This document shows, piece by piece, positions 1-10,300 of a stretch of DNA of 64,000 bases. Source of the stretch: Perkinsus chesapeaki ATCC PRA-425. Lineage: Eukaryota > Protista > Perkinsozoa. The position numbers were made by a program, and so were the translations under genes. The notes under the pieces are model-generated. The model saw only the letters and a program-made list of their open reading frames with translations, was not told the DNA's origin and searched no databases. Location of the stretch: assembly GCA_013115145.1 (NCBI GenBank), contig JAAPAO010000109.1, forward strand, positions 1-64,000. The letters run 5' to 3'. How positions within the stretch are numbered: the stretch's first letter is position 1; the number at the start of each line of letters is the position of its first letter.

Positions 1-353
1 TCTACGAGTTGTTGAGTTCTAACCCTTTATCTATACGTCCCATAGGGTGGAGGCATCCTTTAGAAAGAATGAGTATGGCATGCTGGCATTACTTGCTGTA
101 AGCACTACCTGGGCTTGGGCTCCACGTCAACCATTCAACCAATCAATCATCATCATTTCTCCTTCGTGTGCGTTCTATAGGATATTCCCTAGTCTACAAT
201 AAAACGCAACACTAGTAGAGTCCTCGAAGAAAATGGGTGACATTACTGCCGCATAGGAATAACGTCGACTTTCCTGTCTATTTTAGCACAGGTGAGTAAG
301 ATCGACGTTATTGATTCAACAAAAGGCCGACTACAACCGCTGTATGTGCAGGA

Positions 354-1331
354 TCACGGTGTCGGGCTAGGTCCCAGGACTCCACCAAAATACTCGAAGA
401 TTGCCTTTCCGGCACTGAAGCCGCCGGGACCATTCTCCAACGGCCAAGTATGGGCTAAGCCCTTAACCGTGGTCAGATAGACATTCCTTGCTCTCGGGCA
501 ATCGGAATACTTCTCAAAGGTACCATTTCCTCGCTGGTCGAAATGCACTCTCTGAGCATCAGGACATTCCATCCTTTTGGCCCATCTAGAAATGTCACTT
601 TCTACTGATGGGTACACAGGTCCAAGCTTTGGATCAAAACGCCCATTATAAGGCATTTTCGGGTCGTCCAACCCATGTATCTTTATGATGCCCATCTGCT
701 TATTAGCCGAATGGTTGAATACACTGTCGCATTTGTCGAACCCTCCATCGAGACCAGGCCTGAGGGTGAGAATACCCGCGACAGAAGCAGCCATGGATAT
801 AACATTATAACACACCAAAGCCTCGGCCAGCATGCCTCCATTGCTGAAGCCTATAGCATATGCTGGCAAGTTGGTTACACTCTGTCTACTCTCAACTTCA
901 ACAATGAGTTTCCTTATGAAATCGATGTCATCAATCGTTTTATTAGAGTTACAGCAGGTACCAGCATTATAACCCCAGCCAGAAATGTTGCTAGTAGATG
1001 AGTCAGAACGGGGGCTTTCAAGTGGACAAGCTGTAACTAAAGTAGCACCCTGCTCCCTGGCCCTCTTCTTGATACCGTCAAGGTCTAATAGGAACATGTG
1101 CCACAGGTCACATCTATTCTCCTTGGGGTCCCAGCCGATAAGAGTGAATATAACAGCCGTTGGTTTTACTGGCCCAGAGTATATCCAAAAAGATCTCATT
1201 CTTCCTTGGTGGAGGAGTGTAGCCTTCTCATCAGTCCATGTTGCATTCTCCGCCAACGAGTCTGCTCGTATCAACGTCAACATAGAAACACAAATGATGA
1301 GGGCCACAAAAGTACTAACGAAGCTTGCCAT
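354..1331 (-). CDS. Secreted alpha/beta-hydrolase, LpqC / PHB-depolymerase / feruloyl-esterase-like, intronless, ~325 aa
   Basis: Nucleophile elbow GFSNGG (GxSxG), YNAGTCC motif, acid in IHGLDD, His in GLAHTWP. ATG at 1331 (MASFVSTFVALIICVSMLTLIRA, signal peptide) is preferred over the ORF-track start at 1427 because a pyrimidine tract plus AG lies 17 nt upstream. Confidence 0.85.
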   Translation of the reverse strand: MASFVSTFVALIICVSMLTLIRADSLAENATWTDEKATLLHQGRMRSFWIYSGPVKPTAVIFTLIGWDPKENRCDLWHMFLLDLDGIKKRAREQGATLVTACPLESPRSDSSTSNISGWGYNAGTCCNSNKTIDDIDFIRKLIVEVESRQSVTNLPAYAIGFSNGGMLAEALVCYNVISMAASVAGILTLRPGLDGGFDKCDSVFNHSANKQMGIIKIHGLDDPKMPYNGRFDPKLGPVYPSVESDISRWAKRMECPDAQRVHFDQRGNGTFEKYSDCPRARNVYLTTVKGLAHTWPLENGPGGFSAGKAIFEYFGGVLGPSPTP

Positions 1332-1348
1332 AGTGGAAAGGCGACTAG

Positions 1349-1375
1349 CTGCGAGAGAGACAAAGTGCAACGATC
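1349..1375 (-). promoter_or_regulatory. Putative spliced-leader trans-splice acceptor for the esterase
   Basis: Minus strand reads ttgcactttgtctctctcgcAG|ctagtcgcctttccactATG. Similar AG acceptors lie a few to ~25 nt upstream of the ATGs at 2792, 4916, 49818, 61462 and 62908. Confidence 0.4.
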
Positions 1376-2791
1376 TAGTATTAGATTCTCCGCGGAGTCG
1401 CAAGGAAGCTCCTCGGAGCAGCGGCACGCAAGCGAGGTGTCACAATCACCGTGTCCACCAGATCCTTGAGCAGTTGAGGTACAAGCGGATTTCTCAGTAA
1501 CGTGACTCGCAGGAGGTATGAGAGATCAACAAAAGTCTCTTATTCTACAGTGGGCCCTGAGCACGCAGGGAGCGCTAGAGTAAAATAGCTATCAGCCGCT
1601 ATCGCCAAAAGCAGAGATAGCACAGCTGACAAGCCACATACCCTGATTCATCCTCTTAGTCGCCGTGATTCCGTCAAGCATTCTGAGGATGTCGCAGCAA
1701 GCGGAGCCTCCGCGAGGCACCACGTGTGGGCTGGTGCACTCGCTAGTCGTTAGCCTCGCCCTGTGATCCCATGCATTTTGCCCATTATAAACTGTCTGAA
1801 TCATTCATTTATTCCGAGTCTTTTATCCATCATGTGCATCGACGCGTCCTCATATATTCGCGTTAAACCACAAGATAATAGATGGTAATGGGACTCCCAT
1901 TATGGGAGGAGGATAGGCTAACCCTCCAATCCTCCTCCATCTCAGGCGGCCTAAGCGCTGCTTCGACGGCGCCCAATCGACGCCGTTGTGGCCTACGTAC
2001 GTACTGTGAGGTTTTTACGAGAAGGTATGATTGCACCTCGCATAGCAGCCTCGAGGGCGATGGCCCTGTGGCGCAGCTGCATATCAAATCATAGTTTATC
2101 ACTGAATTAGCAAAGAAGTTAATACGCCACCCATCGCGGCTCAGTGTGTACCGCCTTTTCCACTGTATGTTGAAACATGTTGGCATGGTTGAGCATGCAA
2201 GCAGGACAGAGATAACACTAAGCCAGCGATCTCGTTCCTTCTCGCGTGCGTAGTGCGATGGAGCAAATCGTGTGCATTTCAGGACGCGACTCCATTGGCT
2301 TTTTTGTAAGTATACATTCGTGTCTCGATGTAAAATTCCATGTGCACCCGGCGGCGAACCGTGGCTCGAGGTACACGCGTGCGTGATCGGATTGGTGACG
2401 CGGGCACGGAGCAGAACTTCTGCTGCAGACGGCTCCGTTGATCTTCTCCCTAAAATTCTATCCTCGCTCCTGCCCGGGATCACAGTGAGAATCGTCTCTC
2501 GGTATGGCGCTTCACGAGCGGTATACACAACGAGCTATTATATCCCTGCCGAACGGCATGCTCGTCGACGCCTTTCGCCCTCGAACCTTTAGTAAATGGG
2601 GGTATAAAGTACTACCTCATCTCTCGATTTCGTGGATCGTAGCAGGGCATTTATGATTCGCTAGGCAAAGGCGCTTAGTGAAGGATTTGTTGTGACCCGT
2701 AAACTTTTAGCACTTTAGATCCACTGCATTACAAGAGTGATTACCAAGATCGCTCATATTTACTTCAGAAGTTTTACTCCTTCTCGGCCTA

Positions 2792-4783
2792 ATGGCAAAT
2801 GCATCGCGGTTGTCGTCAATACACGATAATAAGCGACATCGACCAGCATCGGTGCGTTTAGTTCATACAATACTTCGGTATCATTGTGCTTGCTTACAGG
2901 CAGAGTACAAGTCGGGACGCGACTCCGACAACTGGTATATGAACGCCCTCTATATAAGGCATGATTTCGAAGAGTGCATGAATTTCATAGAAGAATGCTT
3001 GAAGGATTCCAATGGACTGAATCAGTTCACACCTGTGGTATAGATGGACGTGCAAGTGTCTGTGGCACTCTCAGGCATGCACTGTATTATAAAGCTCTCA
3101 TCCATCGCCAGCAGGGTGATATCCACAGCTCTCTGACTTTCTTCCAAACGGCAGCATGCTTGGACCCATTGAATGTATCACTAGTCATCTCATCGTCCGT
3201 TCTGGTTCCCTTGCCTTGCATTAGATACAATATCTCAAGGAAGTGGCGAAAAGCCTTGCGCTACTTGGTCAACATGGTTCAGCTCTCGAGGTCATCCTTA
3301 TACTACCGGGTGGTTGGGGGTACTACTAAAATGTAGATATACACGGAAGCATTGAAGCACGACTCTGAGGACTGGGAACTCTATCACAGTATCGGCTTGT
3401 GCAACAAGTCGGGGATACTTACTTTCGGGATATAACTCCTTTAGAGGAGTTATACTCCTTACTCCTCTAGATATTTGGGCGACCGCCAAGCAGCACTCGA
3501 CAGCTTTCGTATGGCTAATGACATTCAAAGACATGACGATACGTGCATTGAAATCGCAGAGTTGTAACGTTCGAAGGCCAGAAGTTCATTCCTCTACGGG
3601 AAGTCGCAGGTGTATTCACGTGGGAGATATTGAAGCGGCCATAGAGGCTTACAACGAAGCTCTTGAGTTTTCGCCGGAGAACACCAATATTCTGACGAGA
3701 TGTTGGGCTCATATTTTCACAGTGTGCTTCTGAAGGTCTCTCTCAGTGGGAATACTTCTAATGAAAGCCGGGGATACTTATAGGGCCTTCGAATGCCTTG
3801 GCAACAGGTATAGCCACATCACTACCGTCAACAACTAGGCCTGTGTCAGTCTGGTATATGAACCGAAGGATCCGAAGACCATATTGGCCGCAGCAAGCGT
3901 CATTCAAGACAACGGCGACGTGGACGTTGCCCTGGTTAAGTACGACCATTACTATTTTCAGATATTCCCAACAACTCAATATTCAGATATCGCATAGCTG
4001 CTATATATGAACCATTCAGCTCTGAGCTATGGAGCAACGTGGGACTTTGCTTTTTCGGTAACCAAACAGGTATCCAATAGCGACATTTTCTGTTGCAAGA
4101 TAAACGGAAAGTGGTTGCAGCTATAGCATGTCTCAAGAGAGCTCTTTCGCTCGGGCACTTCCAATGGAGGATCTATTTCAACCTTGGCCTAGTTATACTT
4201 GGCATTACAGGATTTGCCGAAATCTATCATTTCAGCTTCATCTATTCACTGGCCAGTACGCTTCGGCCTTTGTCTTCCTCTCATCAGCCCTCAACCTTGA
4301 GCCTAGCTCTTCTCTCATATTCATGTAATATACTTTATCAAATACGAATATCATGGAGGATTCTTCCAGGTATCTTGGTATTGCTCTGTCGAGGCTTGAT
4401 GACTTTACGAACTCACGTAGTGCGTATGCCAGAGCGATAGGAAATATGAAGGAAGCAACAGATGTAGGGTTGTAATGACATAGCGGAGTAAAGTTACTCT
4501 TTCCAGGATACTTCGTCGATCGCGCCGATTGTTCATCTAAATTGCTGTATAACTGCTTTCAACCATGGAGATATTGAGGAGGCTAAGAAACACTTTCTCA
4601 TATTTGACGGAATATACCAGAAACTGCAGGATAGCGCTGAGGACGAAGATGATCTCCTTCATGAACTTATGTAAGAGTTTCCATCGTTACGACGGGGAAG
4701 TCCATAATAGGTCAGCTTTCCCCGATACACCAGAAAAGAGAGCTATTATGGGATCGCTGCTATTGGGAAGAGCAGGCGTCTGA
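2792..4783 (+). CDS. BBS4: Bardet-Biedl syndrome 4 protein (BBSome TPR subunit), multi-exon
   Basis: Spliced exons give NWYMNALYIRHDFEEC, SNGLNQHALYYKALIHRQQGDI, YLKEVAKSLALLGQH, EDWELYHSIGLC, EALEFSPENTNILTRLGILL, ASVIQDNGDVDVALVKY, VVAAIACLKRALSLGHFQWRIYFNLGLV and GQYASAFVFLSSALNL. These are collinear with BBS4 as I know it. The introns I traced are canonical GT-AG; the last exon ends at TGA 4783. Confidence 0.92.
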
Positions 4784-4915
4784 CCCAAATTGTACATGGC
4801 GTGCATGGTCGATTCGAGGAAGATAGATTTGCCCAGTTGCCGGTATTTCATTGGCCTGTTGAGTTAATTACTGATATTTGTATTCCCCCGTAATGGCTCT
4901 TTTGTATGACAGAAT

Positions 4916-6460
4916 ATGAAGGCCTTCATTGTATCATTATCGGCTATTGTGATTTGTACCCTTATAATAACGCGGTCGATCTGGCTAAATTTAAACCGAA
5001 TGGTAGTGAGCGAGCCCATCAGTGGTACTGCAATAGCTCCCTCGGCAGATGATAGGATCTCAGAAATTCCTACGAAAATAAATCATTCAGACTACTTCTC
5101 TCCCGGAAACCTACTGAACTCCAGTCGAGAGTTTGAGGCTTGTCCAGTACGATATTCAGTGCCCATAGTCCTTGGTTACGGCTGGTGGTTCCGACAGCAG
5201 AACTTCCGACGCGCGATTGTGATTTCCGATGATGAACAAGGGTCTGCGTGCCTGGTGAACTTCACACATGGTACGGTAGTTAACTCTCTCGATCTGCTCA
5301 GCGATTCGATCTACGACGTCGTCATCGCAGCATACACCCTCGAGGTATCCCAAAAGCCATGGGAAAGTGTGAAGGAGTATGTCAGTTTGCTTGTCGAGGG
5401 TGGCCACCTCGTAGTCATGTCCTTGTTCTTCTGGCCAGACAGGGGCTCCAACGATTACTTTCGTTTCCTTCCCTCTGGACTTTCAAACATGGCAGAATGG
5501 GCTGGTTGCCGTAGGATGGAGTTTTCCGACGGTTGGGGTTCTTGGGATTTCTGGGCTCTTCTAGCAAAGGATGGCCCCCAGGAGGTTGACATGAGAGGCG
5601 TTCAGCGATTTATAGATGGTGGGATTGTTATCGACGACAGAATATACAAATCTGATGGTGAAAATTATTTTCTGACGTGGGCCGTGATGACTGAATGCGT
5701 GACTGGATATGAGTGGTCATCTCAGCTACGAGAAGCTGGGGTACAGTGGCCTCCGACACAGCAACTCAAACTCGGACCTTTTGATGACCACATCTTTGAC
5801 ACAACAACCTACACCTTCGAACCATGTAAGCTCTCTTACGGGCGAATAGCAGCACATCATGCAGTAGAAACTTGGCTCGAAAAGAACACAGGGAAGATTA
5901 GTAACGAGACTGAAGTCCTCAACATATCGCCGCCTGTTGGAGGCCTGGATTGCTGGGGGCGCCATTTCGACGGGAAAACAACAAAGTTCTTCATCACTCA
6001 TTGGAACCGAGGACAGCACGAAATCTGCGAGGATCTTCCCTTCCCTGATAATTCATTCAACTATGTTTTAATGCAGATGGTCGCGGAGCATAGCGTCTTC
6101 GTATGGTATTGTTATAGGGAAGTGCACCGAGTGTTGAAAAAAGGTGGCATTTTCATCTCTACTAATCCAGTCAAGTTTCGAAGGCACCCACTTGGAGGCA
6201 GCCAGAAAGCAAACAAGAAGTTAAAGGATAAAGGGTATGCATATCCGGATAATTATAGGCTTCTACCGTCTGGAAACCGGGCCCTTCTGGAATGGGCAGG
6301 ATTCTCGAAGATTCATGAATGTAGCGGTTGGGGAATAAAACGTTTTTTCGCCGACCCAACATTCGATATTCCAAAAGTGAAGTCACATATGTTGCTCGAT
6401 CGGACGAGCGGAGTTGGTGACCCATACGTTGTGACAGCATGGTTAATCGCTGAAAAGTAG
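4916..6460 (+). CDS. Type II membrane-anchored protein with two tandem class I SAM-methyltransferase-like (Methyltransf_11-like) domains, intronless, 514 aa
   Basis: N-terminal hydrophobic anchor. Domain 2 has DLPFPDNSFNYVLMQMVAEH...EVHRVLKKGGIF; domain 1 has the paralogous DLLSDSIYDVVIAAYTLEV...EYVSLLVEGGHL. Shared downstream motifs RFLPSG..EWAG..GWG and RLLPSG..EWAG..GWG. Confidence 0.8.
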   Translation: MKAFIVSLSAIVICTLIITRSIWLNLNRMVVSEPISGTAIAPSADDRISEIPTKINHSDYFSPGNLLNSSREFEACPVRYSVPIVLGYGWWFRQQNFRRAIVISDDEQGSACLVNFTHGTVVNSLDLLSDSIYDVVIAAYTLEVSQKPWESVKEYVSLLVEGGHLVVMSLFFWPDRGSNDYFRFLPSGLSNMAEWAGCRRMEFSDGWGSWDFWALLAKDGPQEVDMRGVQRFIDGGIVIDDRIYKSDGENYFLTWAVMTECVTGYEWSSQLREAGVQWPPTQQLKLGPFDDHIFDTTTYTFEPCKLSYGRIAAHHAVETWLEKNTGKISNETEVLNISPPVGGLDCWGRHFDGKTTKFFITHWNRGQHEICEDLPFPDNSFNYVLMQMVAEHSVFVWYCYREVHRVLKKGGIFISTNPVKFRRHPLGGSQKANKKLKDKGYAYPDNYRLLPSGNRALLEWAGFSKIHECSGWGIKRFFADPTFDIPKVKSHMLLDRTSGVGDPYVVTAWLIAEK

Positions 6461-6882
6461 TTTTCATTATGTTGTTGAGTCTACAAGTAAAGCCTCGTCA
6501 GAAAACCTAATCGTCAACAAAGATCAATATTCCATAACTGAGATAACCAGATTCAACATGACAAATCCAATGACAAGAATCCAGTGATAACGTGTTCAAA
6601 CTGGATACCAATACATTACACAAGATAGGCTTCGCTGTTGACTACTTGAACACAATACAGTGAGCTTTATAGAGGTTAACACGAGCAATGTAGCATCAGG
6701 TCATGGGACAACGCACTACTGCATAGTGTAAGGGAGTACCGAACACTCTGATATGCAGCAAACGGCACGCATTCATGACATGGAGCAACATCGAATCATC
6801 TCGGGATACATATATGCAATGATACAGAAATCAAACACGGTGAAATCAAGCCTCAGGATGTGTCAAGAGATGAATAAAGGGC

Positions 6883-7396
6883 TCAGTGTTGTTGAACGGT
6901 CAAACCAGCAAGTTCTTCCAGCACTCTTATCCGCTCGTCGAGCTGAGTCCTCAAGTCTCGAACTTCATCCGTGAGGGCTGTAAGATTCACCGTGAGTGAC
7001 TGTATTGTGGCTTGCTGTTCTTGCAATGCCACAGTTAGAACTGCAATTAAGTCCTGGTAAAGGACCGACTTCAGCTGGCCAGCAGATTGATCATCATCTT
7101 CGCTGGACTCGGATTCCGAAGAATGTGTGTGGACAACCTCCGGTAAGATATGCTCCAAATCCTAAAACAACGTATGATGCTAAGTTTAGCGTTTAGGCAG
7201 GACAATTGTTTACCTGTGCGATGAACCCAAAACGAGTTCTATGATCTTTGTCGTCCTTGAGGTCGAAAGCAACTGGACGAAGCTCTCTGAGGAGCCATTC
7301 GCCAATTTTCTTGTCGTCCTCAGCTCGTTCTGCTGCAGTCGCTGAAGCCAGTGACCGCTTCAATGGAATGATGCGCTCCTTCAAACGACGGTCGGA
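6883..7396 (-). other. Peptidase_S74 intramolecular chaperone autoprocessing domain plus coiled coil (~153 aa)
   Basis: Spliced sequence T|SDRRLKERIIPL...LLRELRPVAFDLK...RFGFIAQDLEHILPEVV...VLYQDLIAVLTVALQEQQATIQSLTVNLTALTDEVRDLRTQLDERIRVLE. Ser codon 7396-7394, Lys codon 7381-7379 (Ser+5). Confidence 0.9.
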
Positions 7397-10300
7397 TGTT
7401 GTAAGGGCAACATCAACCTGCCAAGTACCTGAATAAAGTCTCGTAACTACAGAAACTAGACAACTCAGGAAACTTACCATGTAGGTGGCCTGTTTGATCT
7501 GACGTAGCTGATATGACACGAGCGCTGCCCGCATAGAGGTCAAAGCTACCCAGTCGTGCAAAGCTACGTAGTGATAATGAGCTGCCGCAGGTGATTGAGT
7601 CCATTACTGACAATGCCTTGCCAAGCCGGCAAGCATCCAGTAAAGACACCGAACTTCCAAGGCGAGCGAAGGAGCGTAGAGAGAGTGAACTTCCGAATCC
7701 GGAAGCACTCAAGACCGAGAGTGTATCCGATAAGCGCGCATAACCTATAGCTGATAATGTTGAACCCAGACCAGCTGCTCCAACGACAGATACGGAGCTA
7801 CCGACTCTAGAAAATGCTCGGAGGGACACGGAGCTTCCCAAGCATGCAGCATCAAGTGAAGAAAAAGTTGCACCAAGACGGGTCCAAGCAATAGCTGAGA
7901 TAGCTGAACCTGCTTGGGCTACGCCCGTCATAGACACCGCGCTACCGAGCCTAGCAAAGCTCCTCAGAGAAAGTGCACTGCCGAATGACGCCGAAGCGAG
8001 GACCGACATGTGGCTTCCAAGGCGGCCGACTTCAAGGGCAGAAAATGCCGATGAAAGCCTGGTAGCGGAGACGATAGAGAGTGACGAGCCAAACCTCGCG
8101 AACGACCTTAGGGAGATTGAGCTTGCAAGGATAGTAGAGTCGACTACCGAAAGCTTGTAGAGCGAGCCTAGACGTGCGAGGCCCATAACGGACACTCCAC
8201 TTCCAAATCGTGCCATCGAACGTAGCGACAAAGAACTACCTAAACTAGCTACTCCAACGGCCGACAGAGTCCCGCCAAGGCGAGTGAAACTGAGTGCCGA
8301 TAAAGACCCTTCCATTCTAGTGCTACCAGCCACTGAGACACCGCTGCCAAATCGGACGATTGCTCTCAATGAGAGGGAGCTACCGAGGCAAGTTGCGTCA
8401 AGAACGGAGAGCCAAGTACCAAACCTCACGTTAGATAATGCCGACAAAGTGGAGCCTACCCGAGTGACATCCTTGACCGAAATAGAGCTGCCGAGACGAG
8501 AGAATGACCTCAGAGACAAAGAACTGCCAAATTGGGCCCCGTCCGCAACCGATAGCTTATAAAGAGAACCCAGTCGGGTCAAGCCTGCAACACTGACTCC
8601 ACTGCCGAAGCGGGCAAATGCTCGTAAAGAGAGTGAACTGCCGAGCATACTGAAAGATAGAGCAGACATGTCAGCGCCGAGCCTCGTCGTTGAGAGAATT
8701 GAACATGTGCTTCCAATTCTAACCGGAGAGATGACCGAGACAGAGCTACCGACTCTAAGGAAGCTACGAAGGGACAATGAGCTACCTAATAGGGCGGCAT
8801 CCAATACCGAGAAGCTTCCACCGAGACGTCCGTACGAACAAACGGATGCGGCAGAACCAGCCAAGACAGTGCTGACCACAGATAGCGATGAGCCAAATCT
8901 CGCAAAGGAACGCATTGACATAGACGAGCCAAGATGAACTGCATCTAGGGCTGACACAGCGCTGCCAAAGCGGCTAACGGCCAGAACCGAAAGAGTAGAA
9001 GACAGGCTAGTGGCTGATGTGATGGACACGACGCTTCCCAAGCGAGCGAACGAGCGCAGCGACAGCGCACTGCCAAACGTGCTGCAGTCTAGGACAGACA
9101 TGGAGGCCGACAGTCTGGTAGTGGCCACAACAGAGAGTGTGCTGGAGATACGAGCAATACCAACAACAGATATGCCACTCCCAAGCCTGGCGAGAGCTCT
9201 TAACGAGCACGAGCTTCCAAGGTTACCCATAGACAGAAGTGTCAGAGTCCCCTGGAGTCTGCTCTGCCCAACAACAGATATGCCGCTACCAAATCTAGCG
9301 AATGCCCGCAGAGAAAGTGCAGAGCCGAGTGCTACAAAGTCCAAGGCTGAGCACGATGAACCAAAGCGCACAGCACTTAAGGATGAAAGGCTGCTTCCAA
9401 AGTAGCCGCTGCCGCTGACGGATGTTAAACCAAGTGAGCCGAATCTAGCCAATCCAGTAACGGAGATGCTGCTGCCGAATCTTGCGAAGCCCCGAAGGGA
9501 GAGTGAGCTACCAAGGAGCCCCATGTCCAACGTCGAGATAGATCCTCCAAACCTAGTCGAACTTGTGATGGAGCAAGTGCCGCCGAGGTGGATACCAGCA
9601 GTTAGAGAAAGAGAGCTACCGAGCCGAGCGATGCTCCTCAGAGACAATGAGCTTCCACATGCCATTCTGTCCAACACAGACAACTTGTCCCCGAATCGAG
9701 CATGGCCGAGCACGGACGCAGATGAGCCAATCATCGCTGTGCCAACCAAGGATGCACCACTACCAATTCTAGCGAAGCTGCGTAGTGACAGGGATGATCC
9801 AAAGGAGACGCAGCTTAGGGAACTTAGAGAAGCTCCAAGACGGGTACCTCCGAGGGCAGATAGTGTACTGCACATAGTTGCTGCTGATACTATAGATATG
9901 CAGCTTCCTGCCCGTATGAAGGATCTAATGGAGAGAGCGCTGCCGAAGTTGACACTGGCTAGCGCTGAGAGGGCACCTCCGACACGGGCGTAGCTCAGAG
10001 AGGAGAACGCGCTACCGCCCTGAACACGGCCAGAGATAGAAGCAGAGCTGCTCAAACGAGCGAAGTTTCGCAAGGAGAGCGAACTGCCGAGGCATACAGC
10101 GTCGACGGCTGAAAGCGTACTGCCTAGTCTGGTGAGATCAAGCGCGGATACCTGACCTCCAGATGTAATGGCGGTGAGGACAGACAAGACACTGCCTAGG
10201 CGAGCCGCAGAACGCAGGGATAGAGAGCTTCCGAAAGTTGTATAGTCCACAACCGACACTTTGAAGAGCGAGCCCATACGAACCAGGCCGGTAGCGGACA

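Noticed and set aside
1592-2620. Overlapping ORFs and splice-like signals between the esterase and BBS4
   Set aside because: Several incompatible minus-strand models are possible and none gives a recognisable family. A small gene may exist but I cannot support one.
6883-7428. Prophage or viral insertion explaining the S74 domain
   Set aside because: There are no other viral genes, integrase or terminal repeats. The domain contains host-type spliceosomal introns, so it is a domesticated host gene even if its remote origin is viral or bacterial.
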